Shown: positions 1 to 10,300 of the stretch, piece by piece
Numbering within the stretch: position 1 is the stretch's first letter
Layout: the number at the start of each line of letters is the position of its first letter
DNA from: Candidatus Spongiisociaceae bacterium
GTDB taxonomy: Bacteria > Actinomycetota > Acidimicrobiia > Spongiisociales > Spongiisociaceae
Assembly (NCBI GenBank): GCA_965262915.1
Contig: OZ253564.1
Span: forward strand, 1,248,001-1,312,000
Length of the DNA stretch: 64,000 bases
Direction of reading: 5' to 3'
Made by a program: the position numbers and the translations under genes
The notes under the pieces: model-generated
Seen by the model: only the letters and a program-made list of their open reading frames with translations
What the model was told of the DNA's origin: nothing
Databases searched by the model: none

Positions 1-301
1 TGTCGGCCTCTTGGTTATCTCGGCGGCGGCCCGGGGGGTCTGGTACACCCCCTTGGGCTTGTATGGAAGATCTGGTTCGTCCCCGCGCTGTTCGCTGGCC
101 CGGCTCTCCTACTAATAGCCGCCTTCCCCGCGTGGGGCGTGCGTCTTTCGCTGATGAATTCATTGCGAAGCTTGTTAAGGAACTTGGTGTAGTACAGTTT
201 TTCGGTAGATTCCGTTTTAGGGGCCTTTCACGATTCGCAGCTACGACGATTGATCGGTCGTAGCACAACGCCTTTCAGTTATGTCACGGTAATGTGAAAG
301 T

Positions 302-328
302 GGCTCATCGGAGTTCAGTGGGGAGTGA
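302..328 (+). repeat. Solo ISL3 terminal sequence
   Basis: GGCTCATCGGAGTTCAGTGGGGAGTGA matches the ISL3 end at 40220-40246 at 26/27 positions; no transposase adjacent. Confidence 0.6.
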
Positions 329-650
329 TGTTGACGATCCCAATAGGTCCCTGGTGGGGATGGCGCAACTCCCCATGCCCTTACCCGCTGGGGGCTGGCG
401 GCGTGTTCAGTGATTGCTGGCTCTACGCCAGCTAAGGGGGGGGGGGTCGGCCAATGCCGGTCACCACTTGCAGAACTACGGGTCATCGACTAAGAACAGC
501 TCGAAGCCTCCCTGGCCCGCCACCCGCCACCCGATCCCATCCAGCAGCCAGACCACGAGGTTTCAGTTGTGAAGGCACGAAGCTCTTCGCATGAGTGTGG
601 AAACGACGGCGACCTCCCCGAGTAGTGGAAGGGCAGACTGTAAGCCGTGG

Positions 651-2390
651 TCAGAATCTAAACCCGAATAGTCCGCCCTCTGGAACCGTGTCCGTCAGTC
701 GGACGCTCGTAACGTGATCGTATATGGAGAACCCATCGGGCAAGGTTGCTGGTATGTCATCTGAGTTCATTGTGACGATGTACTGAAACCCGCTCTGAGT
801 CGCCACCTCGTGGGCCAAGGCTAGCCCGCGGCCGATTTGGCGCTCATCGACACCGTCAAAGATGTGGCTGTCGTGTACGAGGAAACGCGGGCCTATACGG
901 CGTACCGCGCAGAGTTGGGACACGAGCAGATCAAAGCAGAAGACCTGCATGTTGCTGATTCCCTTGCTCTTGCCAGCCGAGCTCGCGATCTTGAAGGTCG
1001 GCCCGTTCTCCGACGATCCGATCTCTAGGCTCCCCTCTCGTTCTTCGTACAGACGCGAGGAGAAGGTTTCGAACGTGCCAATGAGATCCCGAAGCTGAGA
1101 GTAGCGTTCGCGCTGGTCCCCTTGAAGCTGTACTAGGAGACTCTGGCGTGCCCTCTTAACGCCCGCCTTTCCGGAGTCGATCTCGTCGGCGAGCTGGTAG
1201 CTGTTCCGGAGCTTTTCGAGTTGGGCTTGCGCAGTCGCGAATTCTTCTTGCAACCCTGTAAGTTCCGAGAGGGCGCCACCTGACCGAAGGACACGGAACA
1301 GGTCGGCTCGTCTACTATCGAGACCCTGTTGTTTAGCGTTGCGTGCGCTGATGCGTTGCTTGGCGCGACTCACTTCGTCTTGGAGGTAATGGGCTCTGTT
1401 CCGAATAACCGATTCGTGGAACTCGGCCACTTCGCGAAATCGTCGGCGCACAAGATCGCCAAGCTGGACACCGGCCGCTTCATACATGACCGTTAGGGCG
1501 TCGGCATCCGGCGGTACCTCTTTTTTGTACGTCAGCTGCAGTTGGTCGATGAGGGCCATGTCAATAGCGTTGTCGTCAGCAAGCTGTCGAATCGTCGTGG
1601 TGAGGTCGTTAGCTTCCCGTTCGAGTTCGGTGAACGCATCCACAACACGGAAGCTATCGATGTTCCTACGAAGAGTGGTCACACGTTTCTCGGCCAACGT
1701 GACCATTGTTCGCAGCTTTGCGACGGATCCCGTCGCAAACGAACCGAGGTCTCCCTCCTGGAGGGCAGTGGCAAGTGTTCGAACGGCCTTTTCGCGCTTG
1801 CGGACGTCGTCCCACGACTCGGCGATGTGCCAGTCCAGATCAAGCAGAAACGAGATAGCTATCTGATAGTTAGCCGTTAACTGTTGGTGGCTGTGCTTGA
1901 AAGGGTTGTCAAAGCCGCCAGCCTCGACCCGTCGGGCGAAGTACGGCAGTAGGGACCGTACCGACGGACCGTCAGGTCCGGTCAACCCAAACAACTCCTT
2001 ACGCAGTAGACCCCGCCACTCTGTGAGCTTCAGCCTGTCCGTTTGGGGACCGTCCTCGAAGAGCTGATCCGATGGCTCCGAAGGATCTCGGGAGACCAAA
2101 AAAGCGCGTGGCGGCGCTACGGATCGGCTAACAGACCGACGCGTAGGCCCGAGGTCGAAATCGAGAGTGAACACTGACTCCGCCAGAGTCTCGCTCTTGA
2201 AGATCGAATCCCTCCCAGCGTTGCCGCCGAGGAGAAAGTGCAACAGCAACACAAAGCTGCTCTTGCCCACACCGTTGCGTGTGTCGGCGTCGGTAGCGCG
2301 CTCGTGTTGATCCGCGACGAGGATGTTTAGGCCATGCCCGAAAGTCAGCGTCTTGAAACGAGTGTCCGTAGAGGAGAGTTCGTGGATCAC
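651..2390 (-). CDS. ABC-three-component (Lamassu-like) SMC/ABC ATPase, DUF2326 type
   Basis: Walker A RNGVGKSS, long coiled coil, signature SKGISN and Walker B-like FLVHDSHIFDGVD; overlaps the upstream small gene by 4 nt. Confidence 0.85.
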   Translation of the reverse strand: MIHELSSTDTRFKTLTFGHGLNILVADQHERATDADTRNGVGKSSFVLLLHFLLGGNAGRDSIFKSETLAESVFTLDFDLGPTRRSVSRSVAPPRAFLVSRDPSEPSDQLFEDGPQTDRLKLTEWRGLLRKELFGLTGPDGPSVRSLLPYFARRVEAGGFDNPFKHSHQQLTANYQIAISFLLDLDWHIAESWDDVRKREKAVRTLATALQEGDLGSFATGSVAKLRTMVTLAEKRVTTLRRNIDSFRVVDAFTELEREANDLTTTIRQLADDNAIDMALIDQLQLTYKKEVPPDADALTVMYEAAGVQLGDLVRRRFREVAEFHESVIRNRAHYLQDEVSRAKQRISARNAKQQGLDSRRADLFRVLRSGGALSELTGLQEEFATAQAQLEKLRNSYQLADEIDSGKAGVKRARQSLLVQLQGDQRERYSQLRDLIGTFETFSSRLYEEREGSLEIGSSENGPTFKIASSAGKSKGISNMQVFCFDLLVSQLCAVRRIGPRFLVHDSHIFDGVDERQIGRGLALAHEVATQSGFQYIVTMNSDDIPATLPDGFSIYDHVTSVRLTDTVPEGGLFGFRF

Positions 2391-2635
2391 ATCTGAGTCC
2401 GACGGATAAGACCCCGCCCGGTGACCCGGATAGCCCCGAGGAGATAGAGCAAATCCAACGAAAGGACGAACCAGTCGTAGGAGATACGGGCATTCTCCAC
2501 GACTTCTCGCTGTTCACCTAGCTGGCGCCACAGCCCACTCACACTTAGGGACGAATCGCCAAGAACGCCGAGAACCTCACCGCCTACTGTGATAAGTGCC
2601 TTCGACGCCGGTACTCCCTTGCTCGGGAAGATCAT
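2387..2635 (-). CDS. ABC-3C middle component (MC6 / LmuC-like)
   Basis: 82 aa with MIFPSK...ALITVGGEVL and ISYDWFVLSLDLLY; coupled to both neighbours by 4-nt overlaps. Confidence 0.75.
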   Translation of the reverse strand: MIFPSKGVPASKALITVGGEVLGVLGDSSLSVSGLWRQLGEQREVVENARISYDWFVLSLDLLYLLGAIRVTGRGLIRRTQM

Positions 2636-3537
2636 GCCGTTACCTCGCCGGGGATCTCGAAAATGTGGCAGCGTTCGAAGAAATATGCCAAGACAGCGAG
2701 CGCACTGGCTAGAACGGTTGTGTCCGCACCACCCCCACAGATCCAGGCCAGCATGAGGTCAAAGACAACTGCTGCCGATCGTTCCTCATCGCGGAAACGG
2801 CAGTAGCGGTCGGACACAGCCCTGGCGATTGAGTCGGCGCGGGTAGGTAGAACGAATGCGTTTTCGAGGTAGCGCTCAACGAGAGGCGCGTTCCTGGTTC
2901 CCATCCTCAGGAAATCCACCTGCGCTGGCTTCAGCGCGTTGGCTTCGATCTTGCTCGCAGGCACCGGGAGTACCTCGTCCGATGGGTCGGGCACCATGTG
3001 TCCGAGTGCCTCGATCAGCGGGCCCAGGCTCGACGCATCTACCGCCAAGAAGTCCTGGTGAGTCAATGCTGGGCCCAGAATGGCCTGGCGATGGGCGTCA
3101 TGGAGGCGGGCGAACTCGTCGCGGAGCTGGGGGATTCCCCAGGCGGTACAGGTTACGTGCTCTGATCTCGAGTCGAGCTCGGCGATCGTCGTAGCAATCA
3201 TTGGGCCAAGGCCGTCGCGGTCATTGTGCACGAAGACCCAGGTGTCAAAGTAGTCCTCCCAGTAGTCAATAGCCCCCTCATAGTCCTCGACAAGCTTCGC
3301 TTTCAGCTTTTTTGCGGTGAGTGTCGAGGGCGCGTAGGACTGGAAAAGGATCCGACGCGCTGGCGACCAACCATCGTTCTTCCGGTCACCCTGGTTGCCC
3401 CATGGCCGCACTCGTTGGAAACCGACATCGCGTCGCTCCATGATCTGAGCGAACAGATCCTGAAACTCATTGCCTCGCCGCGCAAGGCAGGCGTTGTGGA
3501 AGACCATCTCCCATCCAGAACTCAACGGCGTCGACAT
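2632..3537 (-). CDS. ABC-3C effector: restriction-endonuclease-like domain plus C-terminal domain (LmuA-like)
   Basis: GNEFQDLF...VRPWGNQGDRKNDG nuclease-like motif and C-terminal AVLAYFFERCHIFE; start placed at ATG 3537 rather than the ORF-track start 3663. Confidence 0.75.
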   Translation of the reverse strand: MSTPLSSGWEMVFHNACLARRGNEFQDLFAQIMERRDVGFQRVRPWGNQGDRKNDGWSPARRILFQSYAPSTLTAKKLKAKLVEDYEGAIDYWEDYFDTWVFVHNDRDGLGPMIATTIAELDSRSEHVTCTAWGIPQLRDEFARLHDAHRQAILGPALTHQDFLAVDASSLGPLIEALGHMVPDPSDEVLPVPASKIEANALKPAQVDFLRMGTRNAPLVERYLENAFVLPTRADSIARAVSDRYCRFRDEERSAAVVFDLMLAWICGGGADTTVLASALAVLAYFFERCHIFEIPGEVTA

Positions 3538-3835
3538 GGCCACAGGGTACGCCGGCATTGGGACACCCGAATCGAGATCCAGAACGAAAAGGGGGAGAGG
3601 AGGCACGAAGGGAAACCCCCGAACGCCCAAGAACCAAGCGACCAAGCGACCAAGGAAACCCAAGGCTGCTTGCCAGGTGCCCCCAAGGGGCTATGCACAT
3701 TGCGGGATCTGTACACGGAGCCCTACACCTGGACGCCGCTCAACCCGAACGAAATCGCCACCCGCCTAGAGCTCCACACGGCTGACTCCCGTTACCCGTA
3801 AACCGACTCGTCCACGCCAGCGCAGCCCCTAGGCT

Positions 3836-3943
3836 TATTGCACATATTGGGCGGATACCTGCAATACCCGCCCACCCCGAAACCTCCTGACCAGGCATAA
3901 CGCGCAACGCCTGGACGCGTGAACCCTGCGGGATACCTGCAAT
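3836..3943. promoter_or_regulatory. Putative tyrosine-recombinase site: inverted core plus direct repeat
   Basis: Imperfect inverted repeat TATTGCACATA...TACCTGCAATA (3836-3866); GGATACCTGCAAT at 3853 and 3931; lies upstream of the recombinase pseudogene. Confidence 0.4.
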
Positions 3944-4152
3944 GCCTCACCGAACCCGGCCTTCATAGGGGTGCGGGAGCTGTGCCGGCAAGAGGAGTGG
4001 ACAGGGCCGGGCGGCGGCGGTTAAGGTTTCGGGTACCAACACACCCATGGGAGCCCCCAACCTCTGCAGGTTCGGGGTTTTCCCATTCGTGGGGTTGTAG
4101 AAGCCGGGTATTACCCGGGAGTGTCACACCGGTGGGCGATACTCGGGGGGGT

Positions 4153-5033
4153 ATGGGTTGTGTTGTCAGTTTCCTCCCACCCGCAGCGCCGGAGTCGGAT
4201 CATCCGGTGCACCATGTGCTGTCTGTGGCGGGGGCGGTGGAGGCTTTCTTCGCTAATCGTGACTTGGCGGCGGCCGCCCTGTGACTGAACTCGACCCGCG
4301 GCTTGTGGCGGTTGTCTTCGCGGATCGGTGGGCCCGCTGTGCGCCGGCGACGTGGAACCCCCGGCGGGTGGCGGTGCAGGCCTTCGCTACTTGGTGCGGT
4401 GATCGCTGGTCCATGGCTGCTGGTCCCCTCGCCGCGGTGCCGCCACGCCGGCGGGCGGTGGACAACACCTGGGCGATCTCGTATGCGGATCTCGAGGAGT
4501 TGTGGCGCCGCTGTGGGGTGCTGCTTAGGGAGACGCTGCTGTGGCGGTTGCTGTAGGAAACAGCAGCCCGCACATCGGTGGTGCTGGCCCTGGATGTGGG
4601 GGATCTGGACCGGGCGGGGCGGCGGGCCCGGATCCGTTCCAAGGGAGGCAGCGTCGACATGGTGGTGTGGGCGGCGCCCACCGCCCGCTTCTTGGGCCGC
4701 TATTTGGCCGACCGCACGGAGGGTCCCCTGTTCCTCACCCGGCACAGATCCCGCACCGCCCCGGCGTCCGGTGACCTGTATACGCGGACCGGCCGGGCCC
4801 GGCTGTCGTATCGGGCTGCAGCCGCGGAGTTCCGGCGCCATTTCGGCCGCTGGACCCTGCACCAGTTGCGCCAGTGGTCGTTGACGCATTTGGCCGAGGC
4901 GGGAGCGTCCGCGGTGATGTTGCAGGCCGAGAGCCGGTATCGGGACCTGCGCACCTTGTCGGTGTATGCCCGGCCCGGGGTCGAAGCTGTCGCACGGCTC
5001 ACCGCCACCCTGTTCGACGGTCCGGCCCGCTGA
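4153..5033 (+). pseudogene. Tyrosine recombinase (XerD-like), disrupted
   Basis: LWRLL*ETAAR (TAG at 4554-4556), SKGG, WTLHQLR and LSVYARP motifs; frame break near 4281. Confidence 0.85.
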
Positions 5034-5087
5034 CCACACAGAGCGGACACCTCCAAGTGGCGGCGCTGGGATCGTCGACCAGGTGGG

Positions 5088-5945
5088 CTAGTCGGGTTTG
5101 GACCTTTTGATCAGTGTGGTTAGCAGGTCTTCGTGTTTGTTGATATCGGCAGCGGCGGGGATGATGATCCGGTATTTGTTGATCGACTTGTCGTAGCTGA
5201 GGGTGCCGATGCCGGCTTCGTCGATGAGGTCGTCAACCTCGTCGGAGCGGGGAATACGGAAACGGACAAGGACCTTCTTCTTTTGTGGTGTCATCGACAC
5301 GTAGTTGTTTGCTATCCCTTGTTTGGCTAGCCCGATGTATTGCTTCTTGTACGTGGGGACCACGCCGGGGTCTTGTTCTTCGATCATCGACTGGATCCGG
5401 TCGACGAGCTTCATGACCTCCGGTGATGCCCGCTTTTGCCAATAGCTGCGGTCGGCGGGTTCGGCTTGGTCTTCTTCGTCTGTTCCCAGCGCCACCGAAT
5501 CCAAGACTTTCGTGAACACCAGTGCGACCCCGTCTTCGTTGACCCGGAGCGCGGTCATCTGGATGGCGACTATCGGGATGAACCCGTTGAACAGGTTGAT
5601 CACGTTGAAGAACCGGCCGGTGATCTCCTCGGCGACGATCACCGCTACGTGCTCGTATTGGGGGTAGCGGCGCCGTTCGTTGTCCCAGTACTCGAGGGTG
5701 CGGATGATGTGGGATTCGTCTGTGGCGCCGAGCTGGAGTTCGACCTCGTACCGGGTGGACCCTTCCGGGTCGCTCAGCAGCATGTCCAGGCGCCCGGCGT
5801 TGCGCTGTCGCCGCTCGATGTCTCTCACGTCAAGGTCGCCGAGACCGAGCAGCGACGGGTCGTCTTCGAGCACCTTCTGGACCCACTGCTCGCTCACGTC
5901 ACGACTGCTCCGCATCCCGACCTTGGGCAACTTGACGTGTTTCAC
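5088..5945 (-). CDS. NucS/EndoMS-like PD-(D/E)XK nuclease with DUF5655-like C-terminus
   Basis: GRLDMLL...YEVELQLG...HIIRTLEYW motif; GGAGGA RBS before GTG 5945. Confidence 0.7.
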   Translation of the reverse strand: MKHVKLPKVGMRSSRDVSEQWVQKVLEDDPSLLGLGDLDVRDIERRQRNAGRLDMLLSDPEGSTRYEVELQLGATDESHIIRTLEYWDNERRRYPQYEHVAVIVAEEITGRFFNVINLFNGFIPIVAIQMTALRVNEDGVALVFTKVLDSVALGTDEEDQAEPADRSYWQKRASPEVMKLVDRIQSMIEEQDPGVVPTYKKQYIGLAKQGIANNYVSMTPQKKKVLVRFRIPRSDEVDDLIDEAGIGTLSYDKSINKYRIIIPAAADINKHEDLLTTLIKRSKPD

Positions 5946-6094
5946 GGGTTCCTCCACTGCCGGCCGCCAGGAGCTTATACGACGGTGCAGGGTCCGACCG
6001 AAGATGGGGGAGCGGAGATGAGAGCAGGGAGGAACCGGATCGAGGGGAGACCTGGAAGGCGGAGATGGGGGAGGATTGGATCCGGGGGGAACTC

Positions 6095-6233
6095 CAGTGT
6101 CGCTGTTGGGGTGGAACGGGCACATGGCCATAACCGACGCGGCGCCCCCGGCCCGCTTGACCTGGGTGACCTCTCCGATGAGGTCGACGAGGTCGGTAGC
6201 CTCTCGGACCAGCACCGCCGCCGCCGAACCCAT
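6095..6233 (-). pseudogene. Truncated DnaG-type CHC2 zinc-binding domain
   Basis: VREATDLVDLIGEVTQVKRAG...MCPFH matches a primase zinc-binding-domain N-terminus; the second CxxC is missing; RBS GGAAGGGAG before ATG 6233. Confidence 0.6.
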
Positions 6234-6288
6234 GCTGCCCTCCCTTCCGGTAATTTGATGGGGTTTGTACACCACCGGGCCGGGCGCG

Positions 6289-6724
6289 ACCGTGCGACTA
6301 ACCGTGCGAGTAGCCCCCAAACCGTGCGACTAACCGTGCGTCTGTCTCTGACCTGGGGTTTCGCGGACGCCGCCGGGGGGATGTGAGTCCCTGCTGCGGG
6401 TGGCTACTCGGCGCAGCCGACCTGCCGGCAAGTGGCCGTCCTCGAGGAGTACGAAGCGCCCGTGTGTGGTCGGGCGGGGAGAGCACGGTGAAACAGCCGG
6501 GCAGCTTCCGCCGGTCCACACGCCCAGGCTGCCTCTCCCTACGGCGAGGGGATCCGGTCGACGTAGGAGCCGGCCGAAACATGACGCATGGGACGGCTCC
6601 AGGGGTACCGCCCGCGCGGGTGACAGAGGTACCCCCCGGGCCGCCCGCGCTGGCCAAACCGTGCGTTTACATCCCCAAACCGTGCGACTAACCGTGCGTC
6701 TGTCTCTGACCTGGGGTTTCGCGG
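6289..6724 (+). repeat. 52-bp perfect direct repeat and seven ACCGTGCG octamers
   Basis: CCCCAAACCGTGCGACTAACCGTGCGTCTGTCTCTGACCTGGGGTTTCGCGG at 6315-6366 and 6673-6724; ACCGTGCG at 6289, 6301, 6321, 6333, 6658, 6679, 6691. Confidence 0.9.
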
Positions 6725-7396
6725 GGCAGCGACCCCGGCTCCCCGGCCGGGCCGCCGGGGCGTGTCACCACCAACTCCCCGGCGGGGTTACCGGGGTACC
6801 CCTGGGCGGGAAGCCGTAGAAGCCGGGCTCCACCTCGTCGCGGTAGCGGGTAACGGGGGGATTTGGGGGTCTGGGTGGGCGGGTGTCGCCGTGTTGGGGC
6901 CGGGTCTGGTCGGGGCGGGGCGGGTTTGCCCAGACCCGGAAGGGCCGGCTACTTGCCTCGGGAGGACGGGTGTGGGTCTGGGTGGGCTGTGTGCCGGGGC
7001 GGGTATTGGTGGGATGACCTGGGGGTTTGGGGGTCTGGTCGGGGTTGGTGGCGGGGTGTACGGCGATAGGTGTGTGTGTGGTCGGGTTGGTGGTTCGGGT
7101 GTCGGGTGGTTGGGATGGGTGGTTCGGGTGTCGGGTGGTTTGGTGCCGGGGTGGGTGTCCGGGTGGGGGGGTGTACCGGGGTATCGGTGGTTGTGGATAA
7201 GTGGGGGTACTTGGGTATTCGGGGGGTTGGGTGTGGGGAGGGTGTTTCGGGGCCGTTTGTGCGAGGCACGTTTGCATTAAAATGCAGTACCGCTGTACCC
7301 CCCACCGAGATACCACCATACCCCCCTGGGGGATACCGGCGTACTTCCGGGTAGTCGCGCTGTCGCGAACGCGGGCATAGTGCATGATGCCGGACC

Positions 7397-10300
7397 ATGT
7401 CGGTTTCGATCTACAAAGTCGGCGTCGAGCACGTCGCCTACTACATGGGCTGCAAAGGCCACGGCGGGCACAGTGCGGGGGCGGCGGGCGGCGGGCGGCG
7501 GCCTGCGGGGGCTTCCCCGGTGGGCGGCGCGGAGGGTATCCCCGCAGGCGGGTCCCCGGCGGGCGGGTCAGCGGCGGTGGTGGGGGCCGGCGGCGGTGGT
7601 GGAGCCCCCGTTGGGGGCGTTCCGCTGGTCGGCTATTACACGGGCAGGGACGGGGAGTTGGCTGGCCGGTGGGCGGCGGGGGGGTCTATGAGTGTGGCGG
7701 TCGGTGCGCCGGTGACTCCCCAACAGCTCACAGCGTCGCTGTCCGCGGTGGATCCTGAGAGCGGGGAGCGGTTGGGTAGGCGTTACACGCCGGGAGGCAC
7801 CTACGTCGACCGGTTGGGGGTGACCCGCCGTCGGCGTAAGTTCAGCGCCTACGACATGGTGTACGCCCCGCCGAAGTCGGTCAGCGCGGCGTGGGCGCTG
7901 GCCGACCCGGCGACCCGCAAGCAGGTCGAGGCGGCGTGGGATCGTAGCGTCGGGGCGGTTGTCGGCTTTGTCCAGACCGAAGCGGTAGCGTCGAGGTCGG
8001 GAACCAACGGGGTCCGCCGGGAGGAAGTACCGGCGGGGGCGACCATCGCCCGTTTCGACCATTGGACTTCCCGAGCCGCCGACCCCCACGTCCACGCACA
8101 CCTCCTGGTCCACAACCGGGTGCAATGCTCCGATGGCAAGTGGCGCACCCTCGACGGGAGGCTGCTGTACCACAACGCTGCGGCGGCGTCGGCTGTGGGC
8201 GGAGCGGTGCTCCGTGCTGAGCTGTCCCGACGGCTCGGGTGGAGCTGGGACCGGGTAGGCGACCACTGGCACGCCGAGCTGGCGGGCAGCCCCCGCCGTC
8301 TCATCGCGCAGTGGTCCACCCGTCGGCGGCAGATCGACCGCGCAGCGCAGGCCAAAATCCGCCGCTTCGAGACCGACCAGCAGCGTGAACCCACCCCGGC
8401 GGAGCGGGCCGAGCTGTGGGCGAGGGCGCAGCGCAGCACCCGCCCTTCCAAACAAGACGACCCCGACCCCCACACCCGCTGGCATCGGGAAGCCGAAGCT
8501 CTCGGCGTCGACCCCGCGCAGGTGACTGCCTCCTATCAGACGGCCCGGCGGCGGGAACCCGACGGCTACGACCGGGCCGAGCTGGTGCTATCCCGCGGCG
8601 GCCAGGCTGCCCCCACCGTGGTGGCAGACGCTGTCGTCGCGCAGTTGGAACAGCTCGGGCAGGCGTCCCGGGGTCTGTCCCGGCCTGACATTCTCCGCAC
8701 GCTGTGGGCCACCCTCAACGCAGGGGCCGCCCTGGACGGCCAAGACATCGACGTGGAAGCCGAGCTGGGCCGCCTCGCCGACGAACTGTGGGAACGGGCG
8801 ACCAGCCGTTTGGTGGAACGCGACGGCCGCTGGTACTCGACCGGGCTGGCCTCAGCTGAGGTGGCCGCCGTGTCCTGGCTGGCTTCCGACGCCCAACCGG
8901 CCGCAGCCGCCGCCGCCGAAGTGGACACTGCCGGGCTCGGCGGCGACCAGGCCGCCGCGGTGGACACCATCCTCGCCGCGACCACTCGGGGTGTGGTGGT
9001 GCTCGGGCCGGCCGGGGCGGGCAAGACCGAGATGCTGAGCCGGGTGGCCGCCGCGGTCGGAGCGGACCGGGTACTTGCTGTGGCTCCCACCGCCGAAGCC
9101 GCCGCCAACCTCGGTGCTGCTCTGGGTGTGGTGGGTGAAACCGCCGCCCGGGCGGCCCTGTCCGACGACCAGGTGCCCCGAGGTGGGTGGGTCATCGTCG
9201 ACGAAGCCGGCCAGCTCGACACCCGCACCCTCGCCGCTCTAGCCGGGCGGGCCGCCGCCGCCGACGCTCGCATGATCCTGGTCGGGGACACCGCACAGCA
9301 AGGCTCGGTCGGGGCGGGCGGCGTGTTCGCGGCCCTCGCAGACCGGCCCGATCTGGTTCCCGGCGCTGTGCTATCCGAACTGTGGCGCTTCTGTGACCGG
9401 GACGAGGCCCGCGCCACCGTCGGGTTACGCTCCGGCAACGTCGACGCCCTGGCCTACCACACCGAACGGGGCCGGGTGCATGACAGCACCGAAGCCGAGC
9501 TGCCCGCCGTCGCGGCCGGCTGGTGGGCCGCCCGCCGTGATCAGGACACCATCATCACCGCCCCCACCCGCCGTCTCGTAGCCGACATCAACTCGGCGAT
9601 CGCCGCCCACCGGCACCGTGCCGGGGAGACCGGCCCCGCTGTCCGCGGCGAGGGTGACGCCACCATCCGGGTGGGTGACACCGTGACCACCCGACGCAAC
9701 AACCGCCGGATCGTCGCGTCCGACGGCGGGTGGATCCGCAACGGTGACCGCTGGGAAGTCACCGGCACCACCCCCGACGGCCAGATCACCGCACGACGCC
9801 TCGACCGCTCCGCCACCGTGACACTCCCTAACCGCTACACCACAGAACATCTCCAGCTGGGTTACGCCACCACCCAGACCCGCGTCCAATCCCTCACCGT
9901 CGACGCCGCGCTGTGCGCTGTCACCCACGCGTCCCGCCGCGACCAGCTCTACGTCGGGATGACCCGAGGCCGGGGGGAGAACCACCTGCTGGTAGTCACC
10001 GACCAGCCACAGCACGACGAGGACACACCCCCCGACCATCTGCCACCCGACCACATCATCCGCACCGTCATGAGCCGGGGCGGCTCCCATCCTCTCTCCG
10101 TCCCCGCAGGGTCGTTCACCGTCACCCCCCAAGTAGCCGCCGCCCACCTCCACAAAATATCGGACACCCCCCACCGCGCTCCCCTCCCCGACCTGACCAA
10201 CGTCGACACCCGCCGCATACTCACCCACGGGATAACAGCACAGACAGGCGGCGTCGAAGCCGAAGCCCTAATCGGCGGAGCGATCGGAGCGTGGCTCGAC

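Noticed and set aside
345-392. Resemblance to a group II intron 3' end
   Set aside because: No recognisable domain V upstream and no reverse transcriptase in the window.
3627-3666. CCAAG repeated five times upstream of the ABC-3C operon
   Set aside because: Irregular spacing and a very short unit; no support for a regulatory role.
6289-6724. Possible CRISPR array
   Set aside because: Only two long copies, no regular repeat-spacer pattern and no cas operon; the Cas4-like gene belongs to the helicase operon.
7280-7396. Specific oriT nick site
   Set aside because: Position is plausible, but I cannot match a known MOBF nic sequence with confidence.
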